Of a stretch of DNA of 64,000 bases, positions 28,242-37,607 are shown one piece after another. The stretch is taken from positions 55,142-119,141 of the forward strand of contig JALVVN010000006.1 of assembly GCA_027023405.1 (NCBI GenBank). Reading direction: 5' to 3'. This stretch comes from Campylobacterales bacterium. GTDB lineage: Bacteria; Campylobacterota; Campylobacteria; Campylobacterales; QNZT01. The translations under genes and the position numbers were made by a program. Each line of letters opens with the position of its first letter. Position 1 is the first letter of the stretch. The notes under the pieces were generated by a model. The model saw only the letters and a program-made list of their open reading frames with translations, had not been told where the DNA came from and searched no databases.

Positions 28242-29789
28242 GTGACCAAAAAGCCGTGGGAGATCACTACCAAAGAGCGGGCACTCTTTACTTTTATCGT
28301 GATGCTCGGTGCCTTTATGGCGATCCTCGATACGACTGTCGTCGATGTGATCGTCCCCAAGCTCACGGGGCCGCTCTCTAGCGATCTCTACGGGGTGCAG
28401 TGGATCATCACCGCCTATATGGTGAGCGCGGCGATCGCGCTACTGGTGACGGAGTATCTCATCAAACGCTTCGGTTCCAAGGCGATTTTTATTTTAGGCG
28501 TGACGCTCTTTTGGTCGGCATCTCTGTTATGCGGGCTCTCTGCTGATCTAAACACGATCGTGGTCGCGCGGGTGATACAGGGGTTTGGTGAGGCGCTTAT
28601 CATGGTGACGAGTCACATTATGGTATTTTCTTACTTCCCACCCGATAAACAAGGGTTGGCAATGGGGATTTTTGCACTAGGAGTGAGTTTTGCACCTGCT
28701 TTAGGTCCCACAGTAGGGGGCTATTTGACGGAGTATTATAACTGGCGTATGGTCTTTTATATCAATGTGCCGATTGGGATCTTGCTCTCGATCGCCGCGA
28801 TGCTCTATTTGCCCAAAGAGCATAACTTTTCCAAAGAACGCTTTAATTTTGTGAGCTTTTTCTTTGTGAGTATTGCGACGATCTCACTTTTGATCATGCT
28901 CTCAAAAGGGCAACAAAGAGGGTGGTTCAATGATGAGCTGATCGGGACACTCTTCTATGTGAGTATCATCGCCTTTTTGCTCTATGCACTGAGTGAACTG
29001 CACAGTCGCCATACCCTGATCGATTTTAAGCTTTTTAAAAATCCCGACTTTACCAACGGTATCCTCATCTACTTTTTTGTTTTAGGCTTTTCGATGTACC
29101 AATACTTCTATCTCCTGCCGATCTACTATGAGCATATCAAGATGCTACCGACACTCGATGCGGGGATTGCGGTCTTTGCTTTTGCGCTCTTTATCGGGAT
29201 CTTTTCGCCGATCGCGGGTATTTTGAGCGATAAGATCGGCGCTAAAAAGACTGTCTCGATTGCGGCGATCTTCTATATCTCAACCTCTATCGCACTGCTT
29301 CCTTCGCTCAACTACTACACACCACTCACACAGGCGATGCTTTTGACGATTCCGTTTGGGATCGGGATGGGAATGTTTTTCGCCCCGGTGACGGTGCTAC
29401 TGCTTCAGAGTGCACCGGAGGAGAAGGGGGAGTTGGCGATCGTTCTGATGGACTATTTTCGTTTTGTGGGCGGGAGTTTCGGTACTGCTTTGGCAACGAA
29501 CAATATGGAGTACTTCAAGGCGGAGCACTTTTTGCGGATGAATGAGCTACAAAATATCTCCTATTTGGATCACTATCTGCACCGTTTTGGTGATCTTAGT
29601 GGAATGAGTTGGGATCAGACCAAGGCGATCTTTGCCAACTATGAAACCTTTATGAGCTACAACTACGGCTTTTACAATACTTTTATGCATGCGGGGTATT
29701 GGGGTGTGTTTGGCGCGATTTTTGTTGTCGCGCTCTTTCTTTTTAAGCCCAAAACAGTTCGACAACCGCAACCAAACAAGGAGCTTTAA
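28242..29789 (+). CDS. DHA2-family (EmrB-like, 14-TM) MFS efflux permease
   Basis: Motifs FMAILDTTVVDVIVP, LIKRFGSKAIFILG and VIQGFGEA, with about 14 hydrophobic segments. It starts 3 nt after the fusion-protein gene. Confidence 0.9.
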   Translation: MTKKPWEITTKERALFTFIVMLGAFMAILDTTVVDVIVPKLTGPLSSDLYGVQWIITAYMVSAAIALLVTEYLIKRFGSKAIFILGVTLFWSASLLCGLSADLNTIVVARVIQGFGEALIMVTSHIMVFSYFPPDKQGLAMGIFALGVSFAPALGPTVGGYLTEYYNWRMVFYINVPIGILLSIAAMLYLPKEHNFSKERFNFVSFFFVSIATISLLIMLSKGQQRGWFNDELIGTLFYVSIIAFLLYALSELHSRHTLIDFKLFKNPDFTNGILIYFFVLGFSMYQYFYLLPIYYEHIKMLPTLDAGIAVFAFALFIGIFSPIAGILSDKIGAKKTVSIAAIFYISTSIALLPSLNYYTPLTQAMLLTIPFGIGMGMFFAPVTVLLLQSAPEEKGELAIVLMDYFRFVGGSFGTALATNNMEYFKAEHFLRMNELQNISYLDHYLHRFGDLSGMSWDQTKAIFANYETFMSYNYGFYNTFMHAGYWGVFGAIFVVALFLFKPKTVRQPQPNKEL

Positions 29790-31094
29790 ATGCGTCTATT
29801 TCTCTTCTCATTCTTGATACTCTCTTCACCCCTTTGGCTCTACGGAGAGGATCTCAAAACCCTTCTCAAACTCCGAGACAACAACCCGATCCTCCGATCT
29901 CTCGATGCACAGATCAGCGCCAAAAAAGCGCTTCAAGAGGCGCAAAAAAGTGCAAACTATCCAACGATCGATGCCAAACTCAACGCAATTCGGCTCAAAG
30001 ATACCCCGATGGCAAATTTTCATCTCCCATTTGAGGGAATGCCTCCGGAGATAGCGGTAGGCACACAGACGCAAATTGACGGATCGGTGGAGTTGCGCTA
30101 TCCAATCTTTAGCGGTTTTGCCATCAGTGCGCTCATCGAAAAGGCGAAGCTCAATACCCAAAAGGCGCGCTTGCAAAAGATCGACACCAAGCGACAACTC
30201 ACGATGCAGATCATCACCGCCTATGCGACAGCATACAAGATCGACCACGCAATCAAGGCAGAGCGAGAAGCGCTCAAAGCGACACAACTTTGGCTCAAAA
30301 AATCGCAAGGCTTTTACAAAGCGGGACTGATCAATCTTGCCGATCTGAGCAATATCAAAGCCCAAACTTATGCACACCGTGCGATGATCCAAAGCTACCA
30401 AAGCCAAAGATCCCAAGCCCTCTCCACGCTCTCCTATCTTGTGGGGAAAAAGATCACCAAGATTGGAGGATTGTTACCGATCAAGCTCCCCGATCGTAAA
30501 ACACTTTTGCATGAAGCGCTCACACATAGAGCAGATATCCTAGCGATCCAGACACTTTTGAAGATCGACAAAGAGGAGTTGCGACTCGCGCGTAGTGAAA
30601 GATTGCCAAAAGTAGCGCTACTAGGGGCGCTCAAACTCCACGGCGACTCGCTCAAACTCAACGGCGACGGCTTTAGCAACCCAAATAAAAGCTTCGTCGG
30701 TGCGCAGATCAGCTACGATCTCTTTGACGGATTTGGTACCAAACACCGCATCGAAGCCGCCAAAGCCCAAAAAACCGCACGCATTCTCTATCTCAAAGAT
30801 TATCAAAACCGCATCCAAGCCGATCTAGACGCCAAAATCTCCACACTTCAAGCGCTCCAAACCAAGCTTCAAGCCGACAAAATGCAACTTCGTGCACAAA
30901 AACGCTACTACAAGCTCATCAAAGGGCGCTACCAAAACCACTTTGCCACCACCGACGAACTCAGCCGTGCCATCGCCGCCAAATCCCAAGCCACCGCCAA
31001 ACTCAAAGCGACCGAAGCGGATATCTTTATGCAAAAGTGTTTGATCTTATTGGAGAGTTCGCTGGAGATGTTTGAGAAGGGAAAAAAGAGATGA
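29790..31094 (+). CDS. TolC-family outer-membrane efflux channel
   Basis: It has a signal peptide and two repeated OEP-type halves rich in coiled-coil A/Q/K/L sequence. It directly abuts the permease gene. Confidence 0.82.
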   Translation: MRLFLFSFLILSSPLWLYGEDLKTLLKLRDNNPILRSLDAQISAKKALQEAQKSANYPTIDAKLNAIRLKDTPMANFHLPFEGMPPEIAVGTQTQIDGSVELRYPIFSGFAISALIEKAKLNTQKARLQKIDTKRQLTMQIITAYATAYKIDHAIKAEREALKATQLWLKKSQGFYKAGLINLADLSNIKAQTYAHRAMIQSYQSQRSQALSTLSYLVGKKITKIGGLLPIKLPDRKTLLHEALTHRADILAIQTLLKIDKEELRLARSERLPKVALLGALKLHGDSLKLNGDGFSNPNKSFVGAQISYDLFDGFGTKHRIEAAKAQKTARILYLKDYQNRIQADLDAKISTLQALQTKLQADKMQLRAQKRYYKLIKGRYQNHFATTDELSRAIAAKSQATAKLKATEADIFMQKCLILLESSLEMFEKGKKR

Positions 31095-31164
31095 TTTGCC
31101 CTACATTTGTTTCATTAATAGAAGCTTGAAACCACTCTCCTCGTGCCATATGTTATGGATGAAT

Positions 31165-31190
31165 CCCAAATCTCGAAATAGAGATTTAGG
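31165..31190. repeat. Copy c of the CCCAAATCTCGAAATAGA family, here forming a palindrome just upstream of the tmRNA promoter
   Basis: cccaaatctcgaaataga (31165-31182) is identical to the first 18 nt of copies a and b. In this copy aaatctc-gaaata-gagattt forms a 7-bp hairpin/palindrome. Confidence 0.7.
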
Positions 31191-31203
31191 TGAATACAAA
31201 TAC

Positions 31204-31233
31204 TTGACAAACAGGCACAATATGTGCTATATT
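31204..31233 (+). promoter_or_regulatory. Sigma-70-type promoter of ssrA (TTGACA - 18 nt - TATATT)
   Basis: TTGACA lies at 31204-31209 and TATATT at 31228-31233. The mature tmRNA 5' end at 31244 is 10 nt downstream. Confidence 0.5.
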
Positions 31234-31243
31234 TCGCCTGTAT

Positions 31244-31620
31244 GGGACAGACTTGGCTTTCGACAGGAGCAGGTTGTCTGCGGTTGCATGTAGTCTTTGA
31301 AAGACTTAAAACTATCTCGTTAAATATAAACGCAAACAATACAAATTACAGACCTGCGCACGCATTAGCGGCGTAAGAGCCTAAAGGCCGGTCAGTTATG
31401 CCATCCTCTCTTGGCTACTTAGAGTCGGCATAGCTTCACACAAAATGAAGTAGCTTTGAAAGTGTGTCTGCTCAGCACATTTTCGAGAAACCGAGCTTTG
31501 ATAGTGCTAGTCTGGGGCGATGGATAGGCACTATCGAGATTTCTCATCGCTGCTAAGCATGTAGAGACCGCAGATGGAACCTGTTTCTGGACAGGGGTTC
31601 GATTCCCCTCTGTTCCACCA
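31244..31620 (+). ncRNA. ssrA: tmRNA (transfer-messenger RNA, SsrA)
   Basis: The 5' GGGACAG pairs with the 3' CTGTTCC-ACCA, including the alanine-identity G3:U pair. A GGCUUUCGACAGG box sits near the 5' end and a T-arm GGGGTTCGATTCCCC near the 3' end. An internal tag reading frame GCA...TAA (31332-31376) encodes ANNTNYRPAHALAA. Confidence 0.93.
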
Positions 31621-31700
31621 ATTTACTTATCGACTCTCTATTCTCATAAAGGCACACCTAAAAAATCTACTGTCATTAACAAAAAAAGGATTGATTGATA

Positions 31701-32477
31701 ATGAAAAGAGTTACTTTTTTTTCGTGGAATGTAAATGGTATTCGCGCCGTAGCGAAAAAGGGGGCACTACAATGGATTGATACGGCGCCGATGGATTTTC
31801 TTTGTCTACAAGAGATCAAAGCGGAAGCAGAACAAATACCCGATACGCTTTTTCAAAGACATTTTAAATTTCGTAGTATTAATAGTTCTTCAAAAAAAGG
31901 ACAATCCGGCGTAGCAATATTTACCGATATACCGGGTAAATCCTCTACCTGTGATGAAGTTGACATCCTGCATGAAGGGCGCATCAACGAATATCATTTC
32001 GGCAATATTGCATTATTCAATGTCTATTTTCCAAACGGGAAAAGAAGCGAAGAGAGATTAGCCTATAAACTATCATTTTACGACCGTTTTCTCAGTTATA
32101 TTAACAATCTAAGAGAGTCCGGTAAATCGATCATCTTTTGCGGAGATGTCAATACTGCCCACAAAGAGATCGATCTCGCCAGACCTAAAGAGAATGAAGA
32201 TATATCAGGATTTCTCCCCATTGAGCGTGCATGGATGGACAAACTTGTAGCAAACGGCTATATAGATACCTTTCGGTATATTCACGGCGATGAAACAGAT
32301 CGTTACAGTTGGTGGAGTTACCGTACCGCTGCGAGAAATCGTAATGTAGGATGGAGGATCGATTACTTCTTTGTCTCAGAAGATCTCAAAGAAAATATCG
32401 TAGATGCGGATATCCATGATCAAATTATGGGTAGCGATCACTGCCCTATTAGTCTTGTCATTGATCTGCCGTTATAG
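31701..32477 (+). CDS. xth: Exodeoxyribonuclease III
   Basis: Motifs SWNVNGIRA, LCLQEIK, NVYFPNG, GDVNTAH and SDHCPI. The ATG at 31701 is 10 nt after AAGGA. Confidence 0.92.
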   Translation: MKRVTFFSWNVNGIRAVAKKGALQWIDTAPMDFLCLQEIKAEAEQIPDTLFQRHFKFRSINSSSKKGQSGVAIFTDIPGKSSTCDEVDILHEGRINEYHFGNIALFNVYFPNGKRSEERLAYKLSFYDRFLSYINNLRESGKSIIFCGDVNTAHKEIDLARPKENEDISGFLPIERAWMDKLVANGYIDTFRYIHGDETDRYSWWSYRTAARNRNVGWRIDYFFVSEDLKENIVDADIHDQIMGSDHCPISLVIDLPL

Positions 32478-32583
32478 CGACACAAACATCTATAAAATAA
32501 AATTTCCACATCACATCTTTAGGGAACCAATAAATATTTTGATATAATGATCTCTTAATCAATAAGAAGATATGAGGAATACT

Positions 32584-33504
32584 ATGGAAAAAGCAAAATA
32601 CATCTGGATGGATGGTGAACTAACCCCTTGGGATGAGGCAAAAGTTCACCTTCTGACACACACGCTTCACTACGGAAACGGAGCGATAGAGGGCACAAAA
32701 GCCTACAAAACAGAGGATGGAAGATGTGCTATTTTTAAACTCAATGAGCATACCCAACGACTTTTGAACTCTTCAAAGATGACACTTCTCAATGTCCCTT
32801 TTACGCTCGAAGAGCTTAATCGTGCGCAAGTGGAGTTACTACAAAAAAATGAACTTTTTGAGGGAGCCTATATCCGACCGCTCGTCTATTTAGGCTACGG
32901 TGTCATGGGGCTCTATCACAAAGATGCTCCCGTTCATGTCGGTATTGCCTCATGGAAATGGGGCGCCTACCTCGGCGAAGAGGGACTCAAGCGCGGTATC
33001 CGTCTTAAGATCGCCTCAATGAGCAGAACACCCAACACCTCCGGAATGGGCAAAGCCAAAGCGGTCGCAAACTACCTCAACTCTCAAATGGCAAAATATG
33101 AAGCAGTTGAAGCGGGATATGATGAAGCACTACTGCTTGATGATCAGGGCTATGTTGCGGAAGCAAGCGGTGCCTGCTTTTTTATGGTGCGAAACGGACA
33201 GCTCATCTCCCCACCAAATGACAACTCACTCGAATCAATCACCCAAGCAACTGTTATCGATCTTGCAAAAGATCTGGGACTAGAAGTGGTAAGACGACGC
33301 ATCACAAGAGAGGAGATCTATATCGCCGATGAAGCCTTCTTGACCGGTACCGCGGCGGAGGTCACACCCATCAGAGAGGTAGATGCAAGGATCATCGGAA
33401 AAGGTGGCAGAGGTGAGATCACCCAAAGGTTACAAGAAGCCTATTTCGATACCGTGAGCGGTAAAAACGAAAAATATATCAAACACTTAACTTATATCAA
33501 TTAG
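32584..33504 (+). CDS. ilvE: Branched-chain amino acid aminotransferase
   Basis: Motifs IWMDGELTPWDEAKVHLLTHTLHYG, EGTKAY, KAVANYLNS and TGTAAEVTPIREVD. The ATG at 32584 follows GAGGA; the track start is 32572. Confidence 0.92.
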   Translation: MEKAKYIWMDGELTPWDEAKVHLLTHTLHYGNGAIEGTKAYKTEDGRCAIFKLNEHTQRLLNSSKMTLLNVPFTLEELNRAQVELLQKNELFEGAYIRPLVYLGYGVMGLYHKDAPVHVGIASWKWGAYLGEEGLKRGIRLKIASMSRTPNTSGMGKAKAVANYLNSQMAKYEAVEAGYDEALLLDDQGYVAEASGACFFMVRNGQLISPPNDNSLESITQATVIDLAKDLGLEVVRRRITREEIYIADEAFLTGTAAEVTPIREVDARIIGKGGRGEITQRLQEAYFDTVSGKNEKYIKHLTYIN

Positions 33505-33518
33505 GAAGAGGAGAAAAT

Positions 33519-34634
33519 ATGCCGGCAGACTTAAATGACTATTTTAAAAATAAAAAGGGGGGAGATGACGATAAGCGCCCCAACACCCCTAGACCTCGCA
33601 AACAACCGCCGCAGTTTCTCAATGACTTTGGGAAAAAAACGGGTTGGATCTATGCACTCATTGCTTTAATTGCCTTACTTGTGATTGCCAAACCCTATGT
33701 TGTTATCAACTCTGGTGAAGTGGGGATCAAAGCGACTGCGGGTAAATATGAAAAAGATCCCCTCGGTCCTGGATTGCACTTCTTTTTCCCGTTTATCCAA
33801 GATGTAATGGTTGTCGATACCAAAGTGAGATCAATCAACTATATCGGTCATCGCGATCACGATATGTCCACCAGTCCCGGAAGAAAAGGTTTTGGTTCAT
33901 ACACAATGGGTGGTCAAAACGGTGTCATCAATGTCCCCTCCATCTCAACCATCGATGCGAGAGGACTCAATATCTACATCGATCTCACAGTTCAATATCG
34001 CCTCAAACCCAATACTGCTCCTCAAACCATTGCTACCTACGGTGTCTCTTGGGAGGAGAAGATCGTCAACCCTATCGTAAGGGAGGTTGTACGAAATGTC
34101 ATCGGTGGATACAAAGCGGAAGAGCTCCCTATCAACCGAAATGAGATCGCCAACCAAATCAAGGCGGGGATCGAAAAACGCATCAATGCCAAAAAAGGTC
34201 AGCCGGTACAGCTTGTTAATGTAAACCTTAGAGAGATTGTACTCCCTCCAAAAATTGTTGAGCAAATTGAGCGCGTACAGATTGCCAAACAAGAGGCGGA
34301 TCGTGTCAAACTCGAAGTTGAGAGAGCGCGTCAAGAGGCGGAAAAGAGAGCAGCGCTTGCTAAGGGTGACGCAGAAGCAAAAAAGATCAGAGCCCAAGGT
34401 GTTGCCGATGCTATCAAGATTGAAGCGGAAGCAAAAGCATATGAAAATATCAAGATCGGTAAAAGTTTAACACCTGAGATGCTCAGACTCAAACAGATCG
34501 AAGTGCAAGGTGAGTTCAACAAAGCACTCAGTGTAAACAAAAATGCACAAATCTTCCTCACGCCCGGCGGTGCTACTCCCAATATTTGGGTCGATAGCAA
34601 ATCAAAAATTAAAGCCACCGCAACCGGCAAATAG
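33519..34634 (+). CDS. SPFH/Band-7 (prohibitin-like) membrane protein
   Basis: It has an N-terminal TM anchor, an SPFH core (VVINSGEVGIKATAGKY...LTVQYRL) and a C-terminal Ala/Glu/Lys coiled-coil (RARQEAEKRAALAKGDAEAKKIRAQG). Confidence 0.85.
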   Translation: MPADLNDYFKNKKGGDDDKRPNTPRPRKQPPQFLNDFGKKTGWIYALIALIALLVIAKPYVVINSGEVGIKATAGKYEKDPLGPGLHFFFPFIQDVMVVDTKVRSINYIGHRDHDMSTSPGRKGFGSYTMGGQNGVINVPSISTIDARGLNIYIDLTVQYRLKPNTAPQTIATYGVSWEEKIVNPIVREVVRNVIGGYKAEELPINRNEIANQIKAGIEKRINAKKGQPVQLVNVNLREIVLPPKIVEQIERVQIAKQEADRVKLEVERARQEAEKRAALAKGDAEAKKIRAQGVADAIKIEAEAKAYENIKIGKSLTPEMLRLKQIEVQGEFNKALSVNKNAQIFLTPGGATPNIWVDSKSKIKATATGK

Positions 34635-35338
34635 TGATGCAAAAGATCATCAAACAGATAGACTGGCAAAAATCTCCACTCTTGCCGGTCATCGTTCAAG
34701 AGGCACACAGCAATGAAGTATTGATGCTTGCCTATATGAACCAAGAGGCGCTCACACTCTCACTTCAAACCAAAAAGGCACACTACTTTTCACGATCCAA
34801 ACAGCGTATCTGGATGAAGGGAGAGAGTAGCGGAAATATTCAAAAAATCCAATCTTTTTGGCTCGATTGTGACAATGATACACTACTACTCAAAGTCGAA
34901 CAGATCGGCGGTGTGGCGTGTCATACAGGGCGAAAATCCTGCTTCTTTACCGAACTAGAGAGCGGATCGGTAGAGAGTGAAATCGACCAAACAACCCTCT
35001 CACACTACGGAATCATCGATCAGCTCTACCATACGATCCTAGAGAGAAAGAACGCCGATCCCAAAAGCTCCTATGTCGCTTCACTGCTACACAAGGGCGA
35101 AAACGGCTATCTTAAAAAGGTTGTCGAAGAGGCGGGAGAGTTTGCCTTTGCCGTCAAAGATGATGATGAGAGCGAAATAATCTATGAAGCGGCAGACTTG
35201 GCATTTCATGTGCTTGTAGCTTTAGGAGATAAAAATATCAACCCTGATCGCATCAAGCAGGAGCTTGCCAGACGGTTTGGACTAAGCGGCATAGAGGAGA
35301 AGAACAATCGCACGACTAATGGAGCAAATCAAAAATAA
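34634..35338 (+). CDS. hisIE: Bifunctional phosphoribosyl-AMP cyclohydrolase / phosphoribosyl-ATP diphosphatase
   Basis: The HisI part has LLPVIVQEAHSNEVLMLAYMNQEAL, WMKGESSGN and CDNDTLLLKVEQIGGVACHTG. The HisE part has SSYVASLLHKGENGYLKKVVEEAGE and EAADLAFHVLVAL. Confidence 0.92.
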   Translation: MMQKIIKQIDWQKSPLLPVIVQEAHSNEVLMLAYMNQEALTLSLQTKKAHYFSRSKQRIWMKGESSGNIQKIQSFWLDCDNDTLLLKVEQIGGVACHTGRKSCFFTELESGSVESEIDQTTLSHYGIIDQLYHTILERKNADPKSSYVASLLHKGENGYLKKVVEEAGEFAFAVKDDDESEIIYEAADLAFHVLVALGDKNINPDRIKQELARRFGLSGIEEKNNRTTNGANQK

Positions 35339-35846
35339 CCTTTTAACCTATCTACATAGCTTTAGCATCTATGATGCTATTGCTTTTGGATGGTTAGGCT
35401 TTTTGTTACTTATCCTCTTTGTCTTGGTTGTGTTATTGGCACGCAAAAAACCGAGACTTGCCACTTTTTTACTTCTCATCTCGATCTTGGCACTCTTTAT
35501 CGGTCCTTTTGGCATCAAATATTTTCTTGATAAAAGTGTACGAAAGGTTGATCTCAAATTGGAAAAGACGACTCAATTAAATTTTGCCAAATCACTTGTA
35601 GTGAACGGCACACTCACCAATAGTGCGTTGGTTCGTTTTCACACTTGCCAAATCAATGCCACCATCTATCACAGTGAAAAGAACCCTTATAAAAATATGC
35701 TCAGTCAGCTCAATCCTCTTCGTTCCAAAACAATCAAACTTGACAAAGCACTTGAGATGGGTGAGAGCGAACCCTTTAAGATCGTCTTTGAAAACTTTGA
35801 TTACAAAGGCGACTATAATGTTTCGCTTACAGGGAGTTGCTACTAA
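35319..35846 (+). CDS. Two-TM membrane protein with beta-rich ectodomain (DUF2393-like), paralog 1
   Basis: Two N-terminal TM helices are followed by VVNGTLTNSALVRFHTCQINATI... and a terminal GSCY. The architecture matches the next gene. Confidence 0.45.
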   Translation: MEQIKNNLLTYLHSFSIYDAIAFGWLGFLLLILFVLVVLLARKKPRLATFLLLISILALFIGPFGIKYFLDKSVRKVDLKLEKTTQLNFAKSLVVNGTLTNSALVRFHTCQINATIYHSEKNPYKNMLSQLNPLRSKTIKLDKALEMGESEPFKIVFENFDYKGDYNVSLTGSCY

Positions 35847-36385
35847 TGTATTTTACCTTTTTACACTGGATTGCCGTTGCGATCTTTTTACTTATTTTCC
35901 TACTTTTAGCCATCTTGGCATCCAAAGAGCCAGATAAAAAAAATCGCCGTATTCTTATCATTGCTGCATTTTCTATCACATTGATGGGAGGGATCGCCTC
36001 GCTCTATGCTCTGGAAAAATATACCAAAAAATCCAAACTCCTCTCCTACACCCAAAAACGCCTCCTCTCGACTGAGAGTGTCGTCTTTACCGGCAAGATT
36101 CAAAACAGTGGCAAATTCAAACTGGCTGAGTGTAGCATCAAAGTCAAGTTTACCAACAATGTCATGACAATGGGACGACCGAAAAACGCCTTTTTCAAAC
36201 CTTCATCAGGATTAGGATGGTTCTTTTCAGATAAAAAAGAGCAAGAAAAGCCCAACAAGATCGAAGAGAGCTTTGTCGTCGCCAAAGATTTGGCACCGCA
36301 CAAGGTCAAAAATTTTCGTATTCAAATGCACTATCCACCCTATATGAACGCACCGCTCATCAAACTCAAACTTATTTGTCACTAA
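35837..36385 (+). CDS. Two-TM membrane protein with beta-rich ectodomain (DUF2393-like), paralog 2
   Basis: Two TM helices are followed by VFTGKIQNSGKFKLAECSIKVKF... and a terminal LICH. It overlaps paralog 1 by 10 nt. Confidence 0.45.
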   Translation: MLLMYFTFLHWIAVAIFLLIFLLLAILASKEPDKKNRRILIIAAFSITLMGGIASLYALEKYTKKSKLLSYTQKRLLSTESVVFTGKIQNSGKFKLAECSIKVKFTNNVMTMGRPKNAFFKPSSGLGWFFSDKKEQEKPNKIEESFVVAKDLAPHKVKNFRIQMHYPPYMNAPLIKLKLICH

Positions 36386-37584
36386 AGCTTAGACGCGCTT
36401 CTCCCCGCACGATACCCGCTACTCCACGCCCAATGCAAATTATACCCGCCACAATCGCCGTCGATATCGATCATCTCTCCACAAAAATGGAGTCCTTTGT
36501 GGAGTGTGGACTCTAATGTTTTGGAATTGATCTCACGCGTACTTACACCACCTGCCATCACCTCCGCCTTTTTAGCCCCTTTGGTATCGAGGATAGTAAA
36601 CTCTAAATGTTTTATCGTATGAGCAATCGCGTGAATCGATCGTCTCTGTTGCGCTGTTTTTCGATCTACCTTGGCGCGTTGCAAGAGAGGTGTAACCAAC
36701 TTTTTTGGGAGAATACCGCCTAGCCACAACTCAATCGGCAGTGAGAGTTTTGAGCGTTTTTGAAGCAGACTCTTTAGTCTATCGATCTCCATTTCAGGAA
36801 ACAGATCAGCAACGATCTTCACGCTTTTGTGATGAAAACGCGCATATGCCACACTTCGACTCAGATCCAAGATTGCCGATCCCGACAAGCCATAGTTCGT
36901 AAAGAGCAGATCGCCTCGTTCCTCACGCTTTATTTTTCCCTCTATGGCAAGTCTCAAGGAGCTATCCATTTTGACACCGCTCGCTACGAAAAAATCATCC
37001 TCTTTCGTGATGAGTTGAACCAGTGAGGGCAAAGGCGGTTCGATCGTGTGACCTAAAGAGCGGGCAAGCTCATATCCCGCCTCACTTCCGCTAATACGAG
37101 GCATCGCTGATGATCCCATCGCCAAAATGACACGATCATAGTGATCCGTTTGATTGATCACAAAACCGTTCTCGCACTTTTGAATCGTCTCAACCGCTCT
37201 CTCATAACAGATCTCTACACCTAATTTCTGCAGATGATAGAGCAATATATCAACAACAATCTGCGCTTGATCATTATAGGGATAGAGCCGACCGCGCCCC
37301 TTTTCTCTCATCTCCAAGCCGAGATCCGCAAAATAGCGCTTCGCGTCAAATGTGATGATATCCTTGGCAAAATGGGGAGATTTCCCATGATAGTTTTCAA
37401 TGGAGAGGAATCGATTCGAGATATTGCAGTGTCCATTTCCCGATGCGGCAATCTTGCGTCCCGCTTTGCGATCTTTTTCATAAATGACAACGCTCACACC
37501 TGCTCTCGCCACTTCTATCGCACTCACGAGACCACATGCACCCGCACCGACAACGGCAATCTTCGGTTTTGATTTTGATTTCAT
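36382..37584 (-). CDS. HI0933/BaiN-like NAD(P)/FAD-dependent oxidoreductase
   Basis: Motifs IAVVGAGACGLVSA (dinucleotide fold), ASGNGHCNISN and C-terminal GEMIDIDGDCGGYNLHWAWSSGYRAG. Confidence 0.82.
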   Translation of the reverse strand: MKSKSKPKIAVVGAGACGLVSAIEVARAGVSVVIYEKDRKAGRKIAASGNGHCNISNRFLSIENYHGKSPHFAKDIITFDAKRYFADLGLEMREKGRGRLYPYNDQAQIVVDILLYHLQKLGVEICYERAVETIQKCENGFVINQTDHYDRVILAMGSSAMPRISGSEAGYELARSLGHTIEPPLPSLVQLITKEDDFFVASGVKMDSSLRLAIEGKIKREERGDLLFTNYGLSGSAILDLSRSVAYARFHHKSVKIVADLFPEMEIDRLKSLLQKRSKLSLPIELWLGGILPKKLVTPLLQRAKVDRKTAQQRRSIHAIAHTIKHLEFTILDTKGAKKAEVMAGGVSTREINSKTLESTLHKGLHFCGEMIDIDGDCGGYNLHWAWSSGYRAGRSASKL

Positions 37585-37607
37585 AAGGCGCTATCATAGC
37601 GCAAAAG

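Noticed and set aside
29826-30416. Long antisense ORFs: 196 aa opposite tolC, plus similar ones at 42754-43287 and 43339-43926 opposite pqiB, 21243-21764 opposite ruvB and 33945-34397 opposite the SPFH gene.
   Set aside because: All lie fully inside strongly supported sense genes and have no recognisable domains. They are treated as frame shadows.
30629-30670. A tandem 21-nt duplication inside the TolC-like gene (gctcaaactccacggcgactc / gctcaaactcaacggcgacgg, giving LKLHGDS-LKLNGDG).
   Set aside because: It is in-frame and small and lies within a loop-like segment. It is most simply a neutral slippage duplication.
31574-31780. A 68-aa plus-strand ORF starting inside the tmRNA 3' end.
   Set aside because: It overlaps the tmRNA acceptor/T-arm and the xth upstream region. 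It has no Shine-Dalgarno and no protein-like features.
31621-33504. A genomic island integrated at the tmRNA 3' end.
   Set aside because: The downstream genes are core metabolism (xth, ilvE). There is no integrase and no direct repeat of the tmRNA 3' terminus.
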